From Halalkalibacterium halodurans (GTDB lineage: Bacteria > Bacillota > Bacilli > Bacillales > Bacillaceae_D): a DNA stretch of 11,287 bases. Location: contig NZ_SNUY01000092.1 in the NCBI RefSeq assembly GCF_004376175.1, forward strand, positions 1-11,287. The letters run 5' to 3'. Below are positions 8,149 to 11,287 of this stretch, piece after piece; within the stretch, counting starts at the first letter, position 1; the number at the start of each line of letters is the position of its first letter. The notes beneath the pieces are model-generated. The model saw only the letters and a list, made by a program, of their open reading frames with translations, was not told the DNA's origin and searched no databases. A program made the position numbers and the translations under genes.

Positions 8149-9051
8149 TTAGTTACATAGATCAACACCCAATTTTTCAAAGTAATGCAAAGCTAATGAG
8201 AAACGCGCTGTCTTTAGTGGATTGACGATTTGACTGACGTATAGATCACCAGCACCGCTCAAAAGCATGCCTGCTTCTTCTATCGACAGTGCTGTGCGAT
8301 TCGCTAAAAAGGTAGCCATGTTTTTTGTCGCTTGAACAGCGGCTGCATCTAACGTTTCCGCAGAGGCTATGGTCATAAAATGGGTATCTGTTTTAAGCGC
8401 AGGAAGGGGGAACATTCGCTCTTTCTTGACATTTACTTTTAACGTAACGGTGCCAGCAATTTCAACACCACAGATAAGGATTTCCCCATCTCCCATTGCG
8501 GCATGTAAATCTCCGAGGGCGAGTAATGCTCCATCCACCTCCACTGGAAGATAGACCGTTGTTCCTGGCTTAATATCTTTCGTGTCTAGGTTGCCGCCGT
8601 GTGGTCCTGGGGTACCGTTATTGATCGGTTCTCCTGGCGGTGCCGTTCCGATCACTCCGATCATCGGTTGAAGAGGGAGGCGGAGACCCGTGGAATAAAC
8701 GACGTCATCCCCTTCGATAGGAAAGAGCTTTGTTGTTGGTGAGTTTAAGGACTCGCCAAGTGCTCCTAGTCCAGGAGCAGCAGTCATGACACCTTGTTTG
8801 CCTACCTTGATGTCGAGTATCTCGATTTCAAGCATATCCCCTCGTCTGGCTCCTTCGACGTAGAGAGGGCCGGTAGCGGGGTTTACTCGGTTAAAGTCAA
8901 TGGACGTGAGCGCTTGCTCTTCATTCGTTATTTGATCGCTGAAACAATCCTTCGTTTCAAAAATGACCGTATCCCCTGATTGACAAGAAGCGATAGGGAC
9001 ATTTTCCTTATCCATAAAAAAGATGGTGTTCTCATTCGATAGTCGAATCAT
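8149..9051 (-). CDS. Acetamidase/formamidase-family amidase (300 aa)
   Basis: Motifs typical of the FmdA/AmdA family: NPATGP, PHGGNLDTKD, GDLHAAMGDGE. ATG 9051 lies 7 nt after GGAGG (9063-9059). TAA stop at 8151-8149. Substrate cannot be inferred. Confidence 0.85.
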   Translation of the reverse strand: MIRLSNENTIFFMDKENVPIASCQSGDTVIFETKDCFSDQITNEEQALTSIDFNRVNPATGPLYVEGARRGDMLEIEILDIKVGKQGVMTAAPGLGALGESLNSPTTKLFPIEGDDVVYSTGLRLPLQPMIGVIGTAPPGEPINNGTPGPHGGNLDTKDIKPGTTVYLPVEVDGALLALGDLHAAMGDGEILICGVEIAGTVTLKVNVKKERMFPLPALKTDTHFMTIASAETLDAAAVQATKNMATFLANRTALSIEEAGMLLSGAGDLYVSQIVNPLKTARFSLALHYFEKLGVDLCN

Positions 9052-9098
9052 AGCTTAGCCTCCTTATGCCTTTCAGCTTTACTTTACCATAAAAGGGA

Positions 9099-9132
9099 AT
9101 AAAAAATCCTCAAAGCACGATTGGCTTTGAGG
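9099..9132 (-). terminator. Rho-independent terminator of the 5'-nucleotidase gene
   Basis: cctcaaagc (9108-9116) pairs with gctttgagg (9124-9132), a 9-bp stem. On the minus strand it is followed by attttttat (complement of 9099-9107). It lies 13 nt downstream of the stop at 9145. Confidence 0.8.
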
Positions 9133-9144
9133 AAAGGTGAGGGA

Positions 9145-11070
9145 TTATTGCCCAACCACTTGGATTCGTCCTTCCACAGGAGGGATTGGCTGACCAGAAG
9201 CAATGTAACGACTAGCCGCCTCGCTAAGCAATTCACCCGTGTCGATAACGAGGGTTCCATCGGCCAACCAAGAGTAACCATCACCGCCAGCTGCTAAAAA
9301 GTCATTAGTGGCAACTGTATACGTTTTATTTTTATCCAAAGGTTCACCGTTAACCGTAAGATCGATAATACGTTCTCCTGGTGCTTTCGTTTGATCATAC
9401 GTCATCTGAACGCCAGATACTTGAAGAAAGCCTCCGTTTTCAGCTGGAGCTAAACGAACCGAATGCTCGAGTGATTGAAATAATTGCTCCCCTGTGATTT
9501 CAAGGGCTATCACCGTATTCGTAAATGGGAATGCAGCGATTACGTCTCCTTTTGTCACGTCGCCTGCTTCGATGTTTGCACGGATGCCTCCACCATTCGT
9601 AAAGGCAATGTCAGCGCCTGTCATGTCTCGCATGGCGTCGGTAATAAGGTTCCCAAGGTTGGATTCTTGGGTGCGAACAATCTCGCGCGCACCAACGAGT
9701 CGTTCGGGTACCGTGCCAATCACTTCCGCAAGAGCGTCCTCTACTTCTTTTTTATACGTATCGAGTAAATTCTCAACCTCAGGATCAGCCGTTAAACCTG
9801 GGTAATCTCTAATAAGCTGGCCGTAAGCAGAGGCGAATTCCCCTTGATGGAATAAGACATAGGTTACGCCTACAGCTTTTCCGTGCTCATACGCTTGCGT
9901 AATATACGTATCGTTTACTTTCACTGGTGACTCTAGCGTCGTATGGCTGTGCCCTCCTAAAATTAAATCGATCCCTTCCACTTGTTCAGCGATCTGACGG
10001 TCGACACCATAGCCAATGTGGGTGAGAAGAAACACATGATCGACGGTCGGTGCAATTTGATTGACGAGCGATTGGGCAGCCTCCACCTCATCGGTAAACG
10101 TTAAGCCTTTAATGTTATCGGGATGTGTCTTGACTGGAGTGTCAGAAGCTGTTAAGCCGATCAACGCCACCTTTTGATTGTGAATCTGAACGATCTGATG
10201 GGTGGAGAATAGGGTGTCCCCTGTTTCAGTCTTAAGGACGTTACCACTTAGGAGTGGGAATGCTAAAGTCTCCTCAGCTATTTGAACAAGCCGCTCATAG
10301 CCAAAGTTAAAATCGTGATTCCCTGCCACCATCGCATCATAGCCCATAAGGTTCATCGCTTCGGCGGCAGCTTCCCCTTCGTTGAAGTTCACATAGTTTG
10401 TGCCGTGGAACGTATCCCCAAGGTCAAGCAGCAAGCTTTCTGAGTTTGATTCACGCACGGAATTGGCGATGGAGGCGATTTTTGCTAATCCCATTTCACC
10501 ATTGCTTTCATTGGGAAGAATTCGGCCGTGAAGATCGTTCGTGTGTACAATGGAGAGGCGCTCAAAGTTTTCATCTAGCCTCTCAAACATGTCGGTAAGC
10601 TCTGTTCGAGTCAATTTCGTTTTTGGCCGAAGCTTGTTGTTTTTTTCGAGCACAACAAGGCCATATTCAAGAGCAGCCGCTACCTCTGCTGGATAGGTGA
10701 TTTGCCGCTGATCACGAACTTTTTTTAGCACATCTAAGTTAGAGGGTTCAAGCTGTAATGCCCGAATCAGTAAAACATATGCTTCCTCTTTACTAATCGG
10801 CCGTGTGGCGCCAAACTCTGCTCCTAACGTGTTGTCAAGAATATCCATCCGAATAGCTGCTTCTATGTAAGGAATGGCTTCTTTGGAGACATCGGAAAAT
10901 GGCACATCGGCCCCTTCGTACATAGCAACCTCAAGTTCTAATTCATCAAGAAGGGTGATGAGATACTCCTCTTTTGTCACATGAGGTTTTCCCTTAGCTT
11001 CAGCAAAAGGCGTTTGAAAGCATGTAAGGACAAGAAAAAATGAGATAAGTGAGAGTATTGCTTTTTTCAT
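9145..11070 (-). CDS. Secreted 5'-nucleotidase / metallophosphoesterase with an N-terminal SLH-like extension (641 aa)
   Basis: Signal peptide MKKAILSLISFFLVLTCFQTPFAEA-K. Calcineurin-like phosphoesterase motifs HTNDLHG, LGDTFHG, GNHDF, GGHSH. 5'-nucleotidase C-terminal domain signature NGGGIRA. Residues about 26-170 form an extra region with two SLH-like repeats (FSDVSKEAIPYIEAAI...ATRPISKEEAYVLLIRAL and ...AAALEYGLVV...KTKLTRTELTDMFERL). RBS gaaagga lies 8 nt before ATG 11070. Confidence 0.88.
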   Translation of the reverse strand: MKKAILSLISFFLVLTCFQTPFAEAKGKPHVTKEEYLITLLDELELEVAMYEGADVPFSDVSKEAIPYIEAAIRMDILDNTLGAEFGATRPISKEEAYVLLIRALQLEPSNLDVLKKVRDQRQITYPAEVAAALEYGLVVLEKNNKLRPKTKLTRTELTDMFERLDENFERLSIVHTNDLHGRILPNESNGEMGLAKIASIANSVRESNSESLLLDLGDTFHGTNYVNFNEGEAAAEAMNLMGYDAMVAGNHDFNFGYERLVQIAEETLAFPLLSGNVLKTETGDTLFSTHQIVQIHNQKVALIGLTASDTPVKTHPDNIKGLTFTDEVEAAQSLVNQIAPTVDHVFLLTHIGYGVDRQIAEQVEGIDLILGGHSHTTLESPVKVNDTYITQAYEHGKAVGVTYVLFHQGEFASAYGQLIRDYPGLTADPEVENLLDTYKKEVEDALAEVIGTVPERLVGAREIVRTQESNLGNLITDAMRDMTGADIAFTNGGGIRANIEAGDVTKGDVIAAFPFTNTVIALEITGEQLFQSLEHSVRLAPAENGGFLQVSGVQMTYDQTKAPGERIIDLTVNGEPLDKNKTYTVATNDFLAAGGDGYSWLADGTLVIDTGELLSEAASRYIASGQPIPPVEGRIQVVGQ

Positions 11071-11108
11071 AAAAATTCATCCTTTCATTAAAATGGTGAT
11101 CTTTTTCT

Positions 11109-11136
11109 AGTGTACCAGAAGATAGCCGATTTCCAA
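11109..11136 (-). promoter_or_regulatory. Candidate sigma-A promoter of the 5'-nucleotidase gene
   Basis: Minus strand reads TTGGAA (11136-11131), 16-nt spacer, TACACT (11114-11109), with TG immediately upstream (tggTACACT). It lies about 40 nt upstream of the start codon. Confidence 0.45.
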
Positions 11137-11146
11137 CGATGTGTAA

Positions 11147-11164
11147 CAATAAATTAATTTATTG
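11147..11164. promoter_or_regulatory. Perfect 18-bp palindrome, candidate operator/activator site
   Basis: caataaatt|aatttattg is its own reverse complement. It lies 10 nt upstream of the candidate -35. Confidence 0.3.
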
Positions 11165-11184
11165 AATCAATTTCATAATTGCTT

Positions 11185-11237
11185 AATTTATAAATTTTGA
11201 GACGGGCAGAATTTATAAAATTTCATTTTTAAAAATT
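11185..11237. repeat. Cluster of AT-only palindromic repeats
   Basis: aatttataaatt (11185-11196, palindrome), aatttataaaattt (11210-11223, near repeat of the first) and atttttaaaaat (11226-11237, palindrome). Confidence 0.4.
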
Positions 11238-11287
11238 TAAGCAGCTTGTTGTTGCTGATGGCTAGTACGAATACGATCAACAGCGAG
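11237..11287 (-). CDS. 3' end of an unidentified minus-strand gene (last 16 codons plus stop; runs off the window)
   Basis: The minus-strand frame is open from the window edge: ...LAVDRIRTSHQQQQAA followed by TAA (11239-11237). It is too short to identify or even to be sure it is coding. Confidence 0.3.
   Translation of the reverse strand, partial: LAVDRIRTSHQQQQAA

Noticed and set aside
8369-8979. Antisense ORFs inside the amidase gene (8369-8554, 8794-8979)
   Set aside because: These are shadow ORFs with no RBS.
9084-10598. ORF 9084-9284 (-) and + strand ORFs 9484-9768, 9494-9805, 10398-10598
   Set aside because: The first is an alternative frame that crosses the nucleotidase stop and terminator. 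The others are antisense shadows within the nucleotidase CDS.

Overview
This window looks like the origin-proximal housekeeping block of a Bacillaceae-type Firmicute. From left to right it holds the tail of an rRNA operon (pre-5S spacer, 5S rRNA, terminator), a yaaC-like gene (-), guaB (+), dacA (+), pdxS-pdxT (+), and a Ser T-box leader with serS (+). This matches the B. subtilis 168 order rrnO-yaaC-guaB-dacA-pdxS-pdxT-serS. Synteny ends after serS. In place of the tRNA-Ser/dck/dgk genes there is a 340-nt non-coding gap, then two independently terminated minus-strand accessory genes. One is an acetamidase/formamidase-family amidase. The other is a secreted 5'-nucleotidase with an N-terminal SLH-like extension. 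A 17-codon tail of another minus-strand gene sits at the right edge. I found no CRISPR array, transposase, integrase, toxin-antitoxin pair or recognisable multi-gene defence system, and I will not claim one. Four items deserve a second look. (1) A diverged second copy of the pre-5S spacer, with a possible 5S fragment, lies downstream of the rrn terminator and conserves a hairpin through a two-sided change. (2) An orphan unit bounded by an extended -10 and a terminator lies in the serS-amidase gap and could be a small RNA. (3) The uncharacterised YaaC-like protein carries an R-x5-H motif. (4) AT-rich palindromes lie upstream of the nucleotidase promoter. In three cases (dacA, pdxT, serS) the longest-ORF call in the supplied track starts too far upstream, and I have corrected the starts. 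All product calls rest on my reading of the translated ORFs and motifs. No database search was run.
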